Shown: positions 1 through 9,800, numbered from the stretch's first letter. The stretch is 64,000 bases of DNA from Candidatus Magasanikiibacteriota bacterium (GCA_041666265.1 JBAYHH010000001.1:8056-72055), one strand, 5' to 3'. Translations and numbers: made by a program. The notes: generated from the sequence alone by a model not told the origin.

Positions 1-88
1 GAACCAGCAATTGGAAAATTAGAAATTAGAAATTTTAATCACCGTTTACTTCGCACGGAGTAGACGAGTGGGAGGAATATATATATAT

Positions 89-529
89 ATGTCCATAATT
101 CGCTACAACCCCATGTGGGATCCATTCGCGGAAATGGAGGAGGCCATGAGCCGTTTTCCGTCTTTGCAAAATCAATCCATGAAGGCCTTTGCGCCGGCGA
201 TGGATGTGTATGAAACCGACAAGGCGGTGGTCGTGGAATCACCCTTGGCCGGTGTCAGCCCCGATGATGTCAAAATCACCGTGGAAAAAGGCGTGCTTAC
301 CGTGCAAGGCGAGCATCGCAAAGAGCACGAAGTAGACGACAAAAATTATTACCGCAAAGAAGTGCGTAGTGGCGCGTTTTTCCGCCAAGTGGCCTTGCCG
401 GCCGCAGTGGTGGAGGACAAAGTCAGCGCCGAGTTTGAGGATGGGATTTTGAAGATCACTTGTCCAAAAGCAAATGAGGTTGCAAGTAAACAGGTAAATA
501 TTAAGATTGTGAAGAAAGGGAAGAAGTAA
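89..529 (+). CDS. Hsp20/alpha-crystallin small heat shock protein
   Basis: PAMDVYET...GVLTVQGE...YYRKE.RSG.F.R...LP...A.FEDGILKI motifs; GGAGGA at 71-76, so the start is moved to ATG 89. Confidence 0.95.
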   Translation: MSIIRYNPMWDPFAEMEEAMSRFPSLQNQSMKAFAPAMDVYETDKAVVVESPLAGVSPDDVKITVEKGVLTVQGEHRKEHEVDDKNYYRKEVRSGAFFRQVALPAAVVEDKVSAEFEDGILKITCPKANEVASKQVNIKIVKKGKK

Positions 530-549
530 GTACATTACAATTTATCCAC

Positions 550-578
550 TTGACAAGCACTGGGTGGTGTGTTATACT
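550..578 (+). promoter_or_regulatory. sigma70 promoter for NYN gene
   Basis: TTGACA-17 nt-TATACT. Confidence 0.75.
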
Positions 579-588
579 ATTTTTAACT

Positions 589-640
589 AAAACCACCCAC
601 CCTGCCCCCGAAAGGGGGCCCGGTGGGGTTTTTATTTTAT
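589..640 (+). terminator. Terminator-like leader hairpin between promoter and NYN ORF
   Basis: AAAACC.CCCACC..GCCCCC-GAAA-GGGGGC..GGTGGGGTTTT followed by a T-tract. Confidence 0.55.
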
Positions 641-648
641 AGAAACAT

Positions 649-1200
649 ATGGGTAATAACAGGCGGGCGGCGGTATTCATTGACGGAAGTAATTTTTACT
701 TCAAGATGAAATCGTTGGGGATAAAAAATTTACGAAAGTACGGTTATAATGCTTTGTGTAATGAATTGGCAGGCGAAAGAGAATTGGTGGCTATTGGATA
801 TTATGTCGGAGTGGTTAGAGCGGCGTTTAACGATGCCAAAGGACAGATGTTGCGTTTGGCGCAAAGGAATTTATTTAATCACCTGCGTGATCAGAAAGTA
901 ATTGTCCATAAAGGATATTTGATGAAAAACGACGGTGTTTATCACGAAAAAGGCGTGGATGTGAAAATTGCGACGGATTTACTCGTGGGCGCGTATGAAG
1001 ATTTGTATGATGACGCGATTGTGATTTCGTCGGACACGGATTTGTTGCCGGCGATGCAGAAAGTAAAAGAAAAAGGCAAAAATGTGGAGTATGTCGGTTT
1101 TGGACACCAACCCTCGCTGGCGCTTCAAACCGCCGCCACGCGTTCGCGGTTGCTGTTGATTGAGGAGTTGGAGAAGTTTGTGGATAAAAGTGAAAAATAA
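649..1200 (+). CDS. NYN domain (LabA/DUF88, PIN-like) ribonuclease
   Basis: VFIDGSN, EKGVDV.IA.D, ISSDTDL.P motifs. Confidence 0.92.
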   Translation: MGNNRRAAVFIDGSNFYFKMKSLGIKNLRKYGYNALCNELAGERELVAIGYYVGVVRAAFNDAKGQMLRLAQRNLFNHLRDQKVIVHKGYLMKNDGVYHEKGVDVKIATDLLVGAYEDLYDDAIVISSDTDLLPAMQKVKEKGKNVEYVGFGHQPSLALQTAATRSRLLLIEELEKFVDKSEK

Positions 1201-1201
1201 T

Positions 1202-1612
1202 ATGAAAATCGAATCAGCAAAAGAATTTATCAATCGTAGAAGTAAACACTTTCAGGATGTTTTAGATAAATACAAAAAAACCAAAAAGGACAATTTATTA
1301 AAATGGCTTCCTGACATAAACAGAAAGGGTCGTTATGGTTTTATAAGAGAGGCGTGGACTTTAATGCCACAGTTTAATACAAAAGAAAAGATATTTATTA
1401 TAGAAAGGTTTCGGCGGGTTAAAATAAAGCGCCCAATTACTCATAAAAAATTGAAAATTGGCGAAATTGAATACCGATTTGGTTACTATATGGTCGGCAA
1501 AAATGGAAATAAAATTAACAAGTGGACATGGGGCGAGTCGTGCCCAATCATTCCTCGTGAAGATTTGGAAAAATTACTAAAAAAAGCTAAAAAAGAAAAA
1601 ACTATTTTGTAA
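1202..1612 (+). CDS. Hypothetical basic protein
   Basis: AT-rich ORF starting 1 nt after the NYN stop; no recognised motif. Confidence 0.75.
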   Translation: MKIESAKEFINRRSKHFQDVLDKYKKTKKDNLLKWLPDINRKGRYGFIREAWTLMPQFNTKEKIFIIERFRRVKIKRPITHKKLKIGEIEYRFGYYMVGKNGNKINKWTWGESCPIIPREDLEKLLKKAKKEKTIL

Positions 1613-1674
1613 ATTAGTAAATTAAAATTTAATTTATTAAAATCTAAATTACTAACGAGCCAAGTGGAAGACAA

Positions 1675-1701
1675 AGATTCTTCGCTTCGTTCAGAATGAC
1701 A
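1675..1701 (-). repeat. REP-like hairpin (TGTCATTCTGAACGAAGCGAAGAATCT on minus strand)
   Basis: 23/27 identical to 34893-34919; same TGTCATYC...GRATC frame as the GIY-YIG flanking repeats. Confidence 0.75.
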
Positions 1702-1710
1702 TAAAAACAT

Positions 1711-1774
1711 ATGAGTAAAGTATTAGGTACCCGCCTTCGCCCTTTGGGCTTCGGCAGGGCAAGTCGATCTCGGT
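1711..1774 (+). pseudogene. Duplicate dnaK 5' fragment ([10 protein letters not shown]) interrupted by a 34-nt hairpin insert at 1730-1763
   Basis: atg agt aaa gta tta ggt a[insert]tc gat ctc ggt encodes the same 10 residues as the real dnaK start. Confidence 0.8.
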
Positions 1775-1816
1775 TTTCAATTATTAATTAACATTTATCA
1801 TTAATCAAATAATACT

Positions 1817-3730
1817 ATGTCAAAAGTTTTGGGTATAGACTTGGGCACAACCAACAGTTGTATGGCCATCATCGAGGGCGGCCAGCCGAAAGTTCTCGAA
1901 AATAAAGAAGGCGCGCGTACCACACCGTCGGTGGTCGCTATTAGCAAATCCGGTGAACGCCTGGTGGGTCAGCTTGCCAAGCGTCAAGCCGTCACCAATC
2001 CGGAAAACACATTGTATTCCATCAAGCGTCTCATTGGTCGTCGGTTTACCGACTCCGAAGTTCAGCGCGATCTCAAACTGATGCCGTACAAAATCGTGCA
2101 AGCGGGTGAGGGCGTGAAAGTGGCGATGCAGGGAAAAGAATATTCACCGCAAGAAATCTCGGCGATGATTTTGGGCAAAATGAAAGCTGATGCCGAAGAA
2201 CGCATTGGTGAAAAAATTACCGACGCGATTATCACCGTGCCGGCGTATTTTGATGATTCGCAACGCCAGGCCACCAAAGACGCGGGTGTGATTGCCGGTC
2301 TTAATGTTTTGCGCATTATAAACGAACCGACCGCGGCCGCGCTCGCTTATGGTTTTGACAAAAAGACCGAACAAAAAATCGCGGTGTACGATCTCGGCGG
2401 CGGCACTTTTGATATTTCCATTCTTGAAGTCGCGCCGGATAATGTTCAGGTGCTTTCCACCAATGGCGACACCCATCTCGGTGGTGATGACTTTGACCAG
2501 GTTTTGATTCAATATATTTTGGATGAATTCAAAAAAGATCAAGGCATTGATCTGTCCAAAGACAATCTTGCGTTACAACGCATCAAGGAAGCGGCCGAAA
2601 AAGCCAAGATAGAACTGTCCACTTCACAAGAAACCGAAATCAACCAGCCGTTTATTACTTCTGACTCCAACGGTCCCAAACATTTGGTCATGAAACTTAC
2701 TCGCTCCAAATTGGAAGAACTGGTAGGGGATTTGGTGCAACGCTCGCTTGGTCCGGTGCAAAAGGCGCTCGACGATGCCAAACTCAAAGTCAGTGATTTG
2801 CATGAAGTGGTGATGGTCGGCGGTATGACCCGCATGCCACTGGTGATTCAAACAGTCGAGAAATTTTTTGGCAAAAAAGCGAATATCACGGTAAACCCGG
2901 ATGAAGTGGTGGCGATTGGCGCCGGTGTGCAGGGTGGTGTGCTCAAAGGCGATGTCAAAGATATTTTACTTTTGGATGTGACACCTTTGTCGCTTGGTTT
3001 GGAAACCATGGGTAGTGTGATGACCAAATTGATTGAACGCAACACCACTATTCCAACCAGCAAGACGCAAGTTTTTTCTACCGCGGCCGACAATCAGCCG
3101 GGCGTGGAGATCCATGTTTTGCAAGGCGAGCGCCCGATGGCTGGCGACAACAAATCGCTCGGTCGGTTTATGCTCGACGGTATCCCGCCGGCCCCGCGCG
3201 GTGTGCCGCAGGTGGAAGTAACTTTTGACATTGATGCCAACGGCATTTTGAATGTCAAAGCCAAAGACAAAGCCACCAACAAGGAACAAAGCATCAAGAT
3301 CACGGCGTCCACCGGTTTGTCCAAAGACGAAGTGGAACGCATGAAAAAAGAGGCTGAAACGCACGCCGATGAAGATAAGAAAAAACAAGAACTGATCGAA
3401 ACGCGCAATTTGGCGGACACGATGGTATACACCACCGAAAAAATGATGAAAGAAGTGGAAGAAAAAAAAGTCGCCATCACCGATGATGAAAAGAAAAATG
3501 TGGAAGAGGGGATCAAGTATGTGAAGGATTGCAAAGACAAAGATGATGTGGAAGCGATCAAAAAAGCCAGCGAAGCGCTATCCAAGGCGGCGCAGGTGGT
3601 GGGGGCGAAGATGTATAGTGCGAATAGTGCTTCAAATAGTGCGAATGGTAAGGCGAATGATGCGAATACGAACGACGGTGACGCGTCTAAGCAAGATCAG
3701 GGTCCGATTGAAGGCGAGGTGGTGAAATAA
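1817..3730 (+). CDS. dnaK: Chaperone DnaK (Hsp70)
   Basis: [37 protein letters not shown]. Confidence 0.99.
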   Translation: MSKVLGIDLGTTNSCMAIIEGGQPKVLENKEGARTTPSVVAISKSGERLVGQLAKRQAVTNPENTLYSIKRLIGRRFTDSEVQRDLKLMPYKIVQAGEGVKVAMQGKEYSPQEISAMILGKMKADAEERIGEKITDAIITVPAYFDDSQRQATKDAGVIAGLNVLRIINEPTAAALAYGFDKKTEQKIAVYDLGGGTFDISILEVAPDNVQVLSTNGDTHLGGDDFDQVLIQYILDEFKKDQGIDLSKDNLALQRIKEAAEKAKIELSTSQETEINQPFITSDSNGPKHLVMKLTRSKLEELVGDLVQRSLGPVQKALDDAKLKVSDLHEVVMVGGMTRMPLVIQTVEKFFGKKANITVNPDEVVAIGAGVQGGVLKGDVKDILLLDVTPLSLGLETMGSVMTKLIERNTTIPTSKTQVFSTAADNQPGVEIHVLQGERPMAGDNKSLGRFMLDGIPPAPRGVPQVEVTFDIDANGILNVKAKDKATNKEQSIKITASTGLSKDEVERMKKEAETHADEDKKKQELIETRNLADTMVYTTEKMMKEVEEKKVAITDDEKKNVEEGIKYVKDCKDKDDVEAIKKASEALSKAAQVVGAKMYSANSASNSANGKANDANTNDGDASKQDQGPIEGEVVK

Positions 3731-3778
3731 AATCCTACTATCCAAGGATTTGCCTTGGGATAATTATCCATATTAATT

Positions 3779-4198
3779 ATGAGTGCTTATATTGAGCGTT
3801 TTAATGTTGAAACAGAATGGTTTAGAGGGCAGATGGGGAAATTAAAGGAAAAATTAGGGTCTGCCGATAAGACCTTGGCCAAAATTGATGTTGATACTTT
3901 GACTCATGATGCGTTAGAGTATTGGACGGATTTTTTAGCGATATTAAGATTTTCTGAAAGAGATGATTTTGGCCAACCGGAATGGATAAACGGGTTGAAC
4001 AGAAAAGAGAAAGTTCTGTTTGATAAAATCGTCAAAGACGATACGGGTACGCCGGATGCGCCTTTTATGAATTGGTTAAGAAATTTATTAGCTCCCATTT
4101 CTGGTTATTTAGATTTGATTAAGCATGCCCCAAATAAAGGATCGGAAGAAAAATTGTTGGCAACAATAAAAACATTGTCCGAGAGATTGGATGTGTAA
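3779..4198 (+). CDS. Hypothetical protein
   Basis: 139-aa ATG ORF, no recognised motif. Confidence 0.65.
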   Translation: MSAYIERFNVETEWFRGQMGKLKEKLGSADKTLAKIDVDTLTHDALEYWTDFLAILRFSERDDFGQPEWINGLNRKEKVLFDKIVKDDTGTPDAPFMNWLRNLLAPISGYLDLIKHAPNKGSEEKLLATIKTLSERLDV

Positions 4199-4199
4199 T

Positions 4200-4240
4200 A
4201 AAAAAAGACCCCGGGGCGCGCGAAGGCGCCAGCCGGGGCG
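4200..4240 (-). terminator. Intrinsic terminator of minus-strand ORF
   Basis: CCCCGG...CCGGGG GC stem followed by a T-run on the minus strand. Confidence 0.6.
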
Positions 4241-4245
4241 GGTGG

Positions 4246-4464
4246 TTACCAGAGCTTGGAACACAGCACTTCGGTCGTGCTGGTGGTTGCGCTCCATTCA
4301 GCGGCGATTGGGGAGAGGATGCCCCCCAAAAATCCCACGAAGGCAACCACGAAGGCGATGTTCCCGCCCCATCCCTGGTGAATTTGGAAGGTGGCGCAGT
4401 AACCCCCACCACCGATCAGCATCCCCACGAAGAAAATCGTGAGTAACACCAATAAATTTTTCAT
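4246..4464 (-). CDS. Small two-TM membrane protein (ORFan)
   Basis: Two hydrophobic segments; purine-rich SD-like AGGAAGGG upstream; own terminator. Confidence 0.6.
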   Translation of the reverse strand: MKNLLVLLTIFFVGMLIGGGGYCATFQIHQGWGGNIAFVVAFVGFLGGILSPIAAEWSATTSTTEVLCSKLW

Positions 4465-4643
4465 TTTTTCTTCCCTTCCTTTGTGAATTTAGAACCGATT
4501 TTAACCTTAGCATAACTGCATAAAAAAGTCAATGATGGTGGTAGTATGGCAGTTGGACAAATAGTAAACAGTTTTATTATTTGATATTAAAAAATTGAAA
4601 ATTGTTTGAAAAGTAGAAATTGAAAATTAGAAATTTACTGGTT

Positions 4644-5765
4644 ATGTCCAAAGATTACTACAAAATACTCGGCGTCGAAAAAAACGCCACGGCCGACGAA
4701 ATAAAAAAGGCGTTTAAAAAACTCGCCATGCAACACCACCCGGACCGACCGGGTGGCGATGAAAAAAAGTTTAAAGAAATAAACGAGGCTTTTCAGGTAC
4801 TCGGCGACGCGGACAAGCGCGCCAAGTTTGACCAGTTTGGATCGGATTTTGAACAGCAGGGCGGTTGGGGTGGCGCCGGCGGTAGTTGGGAAGATATTAT
4901 GAATGCGTTTCGCCAACAGGGCGGGCAAGGTGGTTTTGGTGGTCAAGGGATGAATTTTGACTTCGGGGGTGGTTTTGGAGATATTTTTGGCGATCTGTTT
5001 GGCGGGTCCGCCTCCGCTCGGGCCGGTCGAGCTTCGGCGAGACGCGGTCGCGATATCCAAGTCGATGTAGAAATAGATTTTAAAGAAGCGGCGTTTGGCG
5101 TGGAGCGCGATTTGAATTTACGCAAACAATCCGCCTGTGATGTTTGCGGTGGCACCGGCGCCGAGCCCGGGAGTAAAATGGAAAAATGCGGCACTTGCCA
5201 CGGCCAGGGCCAAGTAGTGCAACAACAACGCACCTTTATGGGCGTGATGCAGACTGTGGCCGCTTGCCCTACCTGCCAAGGCCGAGGCGAACACCCGGGT
5301 AAAAAATGCAAGCACTGCGGTGGTGATGGCGTACTCGCCAAATCCCAAAATGTAAAAGTTAAGATTCCCGCCGGCATTGACGATGGTCAGTCCATTCGCT
5401 TGTCCGGCTATGGCGAAGTGGCTCCGCATGGCGCTGGGGCGGGGGATCTGTATGTGCAAGTGCATGTGCGCCACAACAAACTTTTTCACCGCGAAGGTTT
5501 TGATGTTTACACTGAAAGCGAAATCAATTTCGCGCAGGCGGTGCTGGGCGACAAATTGGAAGTTGAGACTATCGACGGTCCGCTCAAAGTCATGGTCCCC
5601 GAAGGCACCGAATCCGGTGCGCTCATCCGATTAAAAAATCATGGCATCCAACATATCAACAGTAGCGCGCGCGGTGATCATTATATCAAAATAAAAATCC
5701 GCGTGCCCAAAAAACTCTCGCGCGACGCGCGCAAAAAATTGGAAGAAATAAAAAACGACTTGTGA
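4644..5765 (+). CDS. dnaJ: Chaperone DnaJ
   Basis: J domain with HPD, G/F-rich region, four CxxCxGxG repeats. Confidence 0.98.
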   Translation: MSKDYYKILGVEKNATADEIKKAFKKLAMQHHPDRPGGDEKKFKEINEAFQVLGDADKRAKFDQFGSDFEQQGGWGGAGGSWEDIMNAFRQQGGQGGFGGQGMNFDFGGGFGDIFGDLFGGSASARAGRASARRGRDIQVDVEIDFKEAAFGVERDLNLRKQSACDVCGGTGAEPGSKMEKCGTCHGQGQVVQQQRTFMGVMQTVAACPTCQGRGEHPGKKCKHCGGDGVLAKSQNVKVKIPAGIDDGQSIRLSGYGEVAPHGAGAGDLYVQVHVRHNKLFHREGFDVYTESEINFAQAVLGDKLEVETIDGPLKVMVPEGTESGALIRLKNHGIQHINSSARGDHYIKIKIRVPKKLSRDARKKLEEIKNDL

Positions 5766-5896
5766 TCAGATCACCGGTCGTTTTTAAAAGACACTTTTTA
5801 AATTTGTCGACAAAAATCAATTGTGGTATAATAAGTTTATCGCCACAGGTCGAGGCGAAAATTTTTATTATAAATATTATCGATAACAATTAAAAT

Positions 5897-6355
5897 ATGA
5901 AAAAATTATTAATTGCCATGGTGGTGTTAGGCTTGCTGGTTGTAATGGCCCCGGCTTTCGCTGATGATACGGACCAGACAAGTGAAACAACAACCGTTTG
6001 GGAACAACTCAAGGCTGATCGCGAAGCCGCTTTTGCCAATTTAAAGACCGCCCGCGAAGCGGTGCGCGCGCAATTGAAAAACGAGCGAGAAAAAGTCGGC
6101 GCCATTTGGGAGGCCAAAAGAGACGCGCTTAAAGCCCGTAATGATTTAAATAAAGCCGCCCAGACAGAATATCAGAAGGTGGTCAAAGCGGCGCGTGATA
6201 TTCGCAATGCCGCTGTCAAAAAAGCGGATGCGGATTTTAAATTGGCCCAAAAAGCCGCTCAAACTGCGTATAGCGCTGCTAAGGCCGCCAATGAAGCCGC
6301 GTATCGATCTGAAGTCACATCATCCACCGCCATCACTGTCCCGACCGCTGAGTAA
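5897..6355 (+). CDS. Secreted Ala/Lys-rich coiled-coil protein
   Basis: Signal peptide (MKK-hydrophobic-AFA) and helical composition. Confidence 0.8.
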   Translation: MKKLLIAMVVLGLLVVMAPAFADDTDQTSETTTVWEQLKADREAAFANLKTAREAVRAQLKNEREKVGAIWEAKRDALKARNDLNKAAQTEYQKVVKAARDIRNAAVKKADADFKLAQKAAQTAYSAAKAANEAAYRSEVTSSTAITVPTAE

Positions 6356-6364
6356 ACCTAATTG

Positions 6365-6479
6365 TACAAAAATACACCCCTAACTTAAATCTCTTCGCTT
6401 TCCTCGGCCGCGAGGCCTCAGGGATGCGCCTGCGGGCGCATAACCCGCTCAGAGAATTCAGTTAGGGGTGTATTTTGTA
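6365..6479. repeat. Structured dispersed element, copy 1 (core 6395-6450)
   Basis: 56-nt core shared with 23242-23297 and 39440-39495, enclosed by a long inverted repeat. Confidence 0.9.
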
Positions 6480-6480
6480 T

Positions 6481-6879
6481 TTAGCGTTTATCCAGCGCCT
6501 CATTCACGAGCTTATCCGCCTCTTTGTTTCCGGCGCGCATTATATGGGTAAATTTTACTTTTTTAAATTTTGTCGTCAGGTTATATGCCTGTAAATACAA
6601 TTTTTGTAATCCCGGTTCTTTCACGCGATATTCGCGTTTCATTTGTTTGGTAACAAGCTCGCTGTCGAGCACACATTCCACTTCGGTCGCGCCCAATTCC
6701 AACGCGCGCGTGAGTCCGAGTATCAGTCCCATGTATTCGGCGTAATTATTGGTTTGTTCTCCAAGATATTTTCCAAAAGCGGCCAGATTTTCACCGGCCA
6801 TATTTTTGATTACCACTCCGCTCGCGGCCGGCCCGGGATTACCGCGCGCTCCGCCGTCCGAGAATATTTTAACTTGCAT
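6481..6879 (-). CDS. rnhA: Ribonuclease HI family protein
   Basis: SDGGARGNPGPA, TNNYAEY, DSELV, N..AD.L.N. Confidence 0.93.
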   Translation of the reverse strand: MQVKIFSDGGARGNPGPAASGVVIKNMAGENLAAFGKYLGEQTNNYAEYMGLILGLTRALELGATEVECVLDSELVTKQMKREYRVKEPGLQKLYLQAYNLTTKFKKVKFTHIMRAGNKEADKLVNEALDKR

Positions 6880-6885
6880 AAAAAA

Positions 6886-8226
6886 TTAGTAATTTAATTT
6901 CCAGACGCCGTCGCTATCACCATATTTCCCACTGAAATATAAAATATGATTGACGCTATCGGCCTCAAAAGAACGCACCGCAGATTTAATGAGTTCGTCG
7001 GTTACCAAATAATACGGAAAAAGAGCGGTGGTATTTTTATTCCAAGATAATGCCAGAGTGTTGTATTTATCCAATGGGACAACTTGTTTTAGGCCTTCAC
7101 CCGAGCGATTTAAAAGCATCGGCTCGCCCCCTTCGCTGTAAGTGATCAATTCCCATGGCGTCCAAAATAGCCACCAGTTATTATATGGTGAAATTAAATA
7201 ATCATTGGCCGCGATTTTGTATGTTCCTTGCGGAGCGACCAGATACATGAGCGATTGACTGGCGTTTTTTAGTAAAATTTGTCCGCGCGCTCCCGTCACT
7301 ATGGAAAGATTGTTAAAATCGGCCGGCAACACTTCGGTATCAATGATGGAGAGGTCGGATGCAAATCCGGCGGTGTCTTTTACGATGCGCAAATTTTGTG
7401 TGTTCGAAGCGGTTTGCATCGTCCAGAGTGCTCCGCCCTCCATATACCAATCTACATACTTATTAGTTGCCACCCGCGCGCTATTACCGGTGATCGGATT
7501 GAGTGAACGAATTTCCTTTTCAGTGGAATAATATATTATACCGGAGTCATCATCAGACCATTGTATTTTGGTGATCGGCGCGCTCTCTGTCGTTAAATCG
7601 ATTTTTTTGGAAAAATTGTCAGCATCAATAATCATCGCCGTATCAAATGGCGCGACCTTGTCAGTGATCAATAGTCGATGACCTTTTTTTGACCACGCTA
7701 CTGCCAATGATTCGGTTTTTTTGTCGGAAAAAATTTTCGTCATCGAATTATTTTGAGTGTTAAAAATCATCACCTGGCGGCCATTCACTCCGGCAAGAAG
7801 CGCGCTGTCAGATGATAAATACAGATCATCGACAGTCGTCGTAGTAATAATTTGCGGATTATTTTTTTTCAAAAGTCCGATTTCTTTGATATAAACCGTT
7901 TGTTTATTTTGAACCTCGATGTCTTTGTTCCAATCATAATATCCGGACGCGGAAATTTTGAGATGATATTTGCGCGGAGTGATGTTGTTGAGGCGAATGG
8001 GCATGCCGGATTTGATTTCCACCCCGCCCAAATTGGCGTTAGCGTCGATCGGCTCGACATCGATGCTCACGGCTCCAATCTCGCGTCGGCGGCCATTTTG
8101 CCAATCATAGCGATAGCCTTGAGTATACATGACGATGAGCGGCGAAATGATAAAAAAAGAGGCGATGAATAGGCCTAAAATCGCTCGCCGAATCGGACGG
8201 GTTAATCTGGTATTGGGATATTCCAT
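6886..8226 (-). CDS. Membrane-anchored PEGA-domain / beta-propeller-like protein
   Basis: N-terminal TM, then GYRYD..G.VSI..EP and Y.LKIS..GY.DW.K PEGA-like segment; start moved to ATG 8226. Confidence 0.8.
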   Translation of the reverse strand: MEYPNTRLTRPIRRAILGLFIASFFIISPLIVMYTQGYRYDWQNGRRREIGAVSIDVEPIDANANLGGVEIKSGMPIRLNNITPRKYHLKISASGYYDWNKDIEVQNKQTVYIKEIGLLKKNNPQIITTTTVDDLYLSSDSALLAGVNGRQVMIFNTQNNSMTKIFSDKKTESLAVAWSKKGHRLLITDKVAPFDTAMIIDADNFSKKIDLTTESAPITKIQWSDDDSGIIYYSTEKEIRSLNPITGNSARVATNKYVDWYMEGGALWTMQTASNTQNLRIVKDTAGFASDLSIIDTEVLPADFNNLSIVTGARGQILLKNASQSLMYLVAPQGTYKIAANDYLISPYNNWWLFWTPWELITYSEGGEPMLLNRSGEGLKQVVPLDKYNTLALSWNKNTTALFPYYLVTDELIKSAVRSFEADSVNHILYFSGKYGDSDGVWKLNY

Positions 8227-8230
8227 TTTG

Positions 8231-8389
8231 GGTATTAGGTGAGAGGTTAAAGGTGTTAGGCGCGAATGGTTGCCAATCACTGATTTATGTAGTATAATCA
8301 TACTATCTAAAAAAATGGTAATTGTCAAAGATGATTCCGCCATTTTTGGTATTTTTACCAATACCTTTCACCTAATACCTACAAGCTAA
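8231..8389. repeat. Inverted heptamer arrays (GGTRWTA-type) around a divergent promoter region
   Basis: ggtatta ggtgaga ggttaaa ggtgtta ... tttcacc taatacc tacaagc. Confidence 0.7.
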
Positions 8390-8392
8390 GAT

Positions 8393-9703
8393 ATGTCCCA
8401 TCTCATCATCAACGGCGGAAAAAAATTACAAGGCGAAATCGTCAATCAATCGGCCAAAAATAGCGCTGTGGCGATTTTGTGCGCTTGTTGCGCTATTCGC
8501 GGCCGCACCAGCTTGGTAGCGGTGCCAGAGATTGAAGAAGTCAATCGGATTATTGAGCTCATCAGGAGTATCGGCGTGAAAGTCGAGATGACAGGCAAAG
8601 GAAATTTGACCGTGGATGCTTCGGGTGATTTGGATTTGTCGCATATTGATCGCAGCGCTTCCGAAAAAACTCGCTCATCACTCATGCTCATGGGCGCTCT
8701 TGCCAGTCGCGAAAAAAAATACAAAATTTTTAAATCAGGTGGGTGCAAGCTGGGACAACGCACGGTGAAGCCGCATATTTTTGCGTTGGAAAAATTTGGT
8801 GTCGAAGTCGAGTCCAAAGACGGATATTATGAAATAAAAAATAACTTGCTTCGCCCCGCGCACCTCGTGATGTATGAGTCGGGCGACACTGCCACCGAAA
8901 ACGCCATCATGGCGGCCGCGCAGACCGTCGGTGAAACTGTGATCAAGATGGCCTCGGCCAATTACATGGTGCAGGATTTGTGTCATTTTTTGGTGAGAGC
9001 CGGCGCTCGTATCGATGGTATCGGTACGACCACGCTCAAGATTCATGGAGTGGAAAAATTGACTCCGGTTGAGAATTATTCGATCATGCCCGACCCGATC
9101 GTGGCCATGACATATATCGCCGCCGCCATTGTCACGCGTTCACACCTCACTATCACCAATTGCCCACTTGAATTTTTAGAGCTCGAACTCGTCAAACTCG
9201 AAAAAATGGGGCAAAAATTTAAATTGAAAAATAATCGCCTGTCGGTCGGTGGAAACTTTGAGATCGTAGATATAGAAATTTTACCAAGCGACCTCGTTGC
9301 TCCTCCTGACAAGATCGATGGTCGGCCTTTTCCGGGATTAAATCTCGACAATTTGCCATTGTTTATTCCGATTCTGGCTATGGCCGAGGGGCGCACTCTC
9401 GTGCATGATTGGGCTTATGAAAATCGCGCGATGTATAGTTTTGATCTTTTGAAATTGGGCGCGCGCGTCACTGTGCTTGATCCGCACCGGGTGTTTGTTG
9501 AGGGGCCAAGCGAGCTCAAGGCGGCCGAAATTATCGCTCCGCCCGCGCTTCGTCCGGCGGTCAATGTTTTGATCTGCATGCTCGGAGCCAAAGGGCAGAG
9601 TATTTTGCGCAATACCTACGAGATTGACCGCGGTTATGAGAATCTTTATGAGACCTTAAATATCGCCGGAGCGGATATTAAGATAGTTGACGATAATATT
9701 TAA
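8393..9703 (+). CDS. murA: UDP-N-acetylglucosamine 1-carboxyvinyltransferase
   Basis: SAKN, GGCKLG.R (catalytic Cys), ATEN, YENR, IDRGYE. Confidence 0.93.
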   Translation: MSHLIINGGKKLQGEIVNQSAKNSAVAILCACCAIRGRTSLVAVPEIEEVNRIIELIRSIGVKVEMTGKGNLTVDASGDLDLSHIDRSASEKTRSSLMLMGALASREKKYKIFKSGGCKLGQRTVKPHIFALEKFGVEVESKDGYYEIKNNLLRPAHLVMYESGDTATENAIMAAAQTVGETVIKMASANYMVQDLCHFLVRAGARIDGIGTTTLKIHGVEKLTPVENYSIMPDPIVAMTYIAAAIVTRSHLTITNCPLEFLELELVKLEKMGQKFKLKNNRLSVGGNFEIVDIEILPSDLVAPPDKIDGRPFPGLNLDNLPLFIPILAMAEGRTLVHDWAYENRAMYSFDLLKLGARVTVLDPHRVFVEGPSELKAAEIIAPPALRPAVNVLICMLGAKGQSILRNTYEIDRGYENLYETLNIAGADIKIVDDNI

Positions 9704-9790
9704 TTTTGAATTTCGAATTTTAAGTTATTTTTGGATATTTGTTATTTGAAATTTATTTGGAATTTGTAATTTTGAATTTGAGATTTAAAT
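9702..9790. repeat. AT-rich heptamer array (RWATTTN)
   Basis: gaatttc gaatttt ... gaatttg taatttt gaatttg. Confidence 0.65.
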
Positions 9791-9800
9791 TAATGTTTTT

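Noticed and set aside
40-76. RNA thermometer or CIRCE upstream of hsp20/dnaK
   Set aside because: The hairpin ends before the SD and does not sequester it; no TTAGCACTC-N9-GAGTGCTAA found (only a half-site near 11092)
1486-1710. Short ORFs reading CHSERSEES (1486-1710) and CHPRAGGDP (extension at 54998)
   Set aside because: These are translations of the REP-like hairpins, not proteins; the GIY-YIG start was reassigned to 55064
6395-6450. Triple element as hammerhead or HDV-like ribozyme, or tRNA-Gly 3' fragment
   Set aside because: No CUGANGA/GAAA core on either strand; TTCCTCG resembles HDV L3 but P1/P2 pseudoknot pairings could not be built; CATAACCCGCTC resembles a tRNA-Gly end but there is no T-loop or CCA
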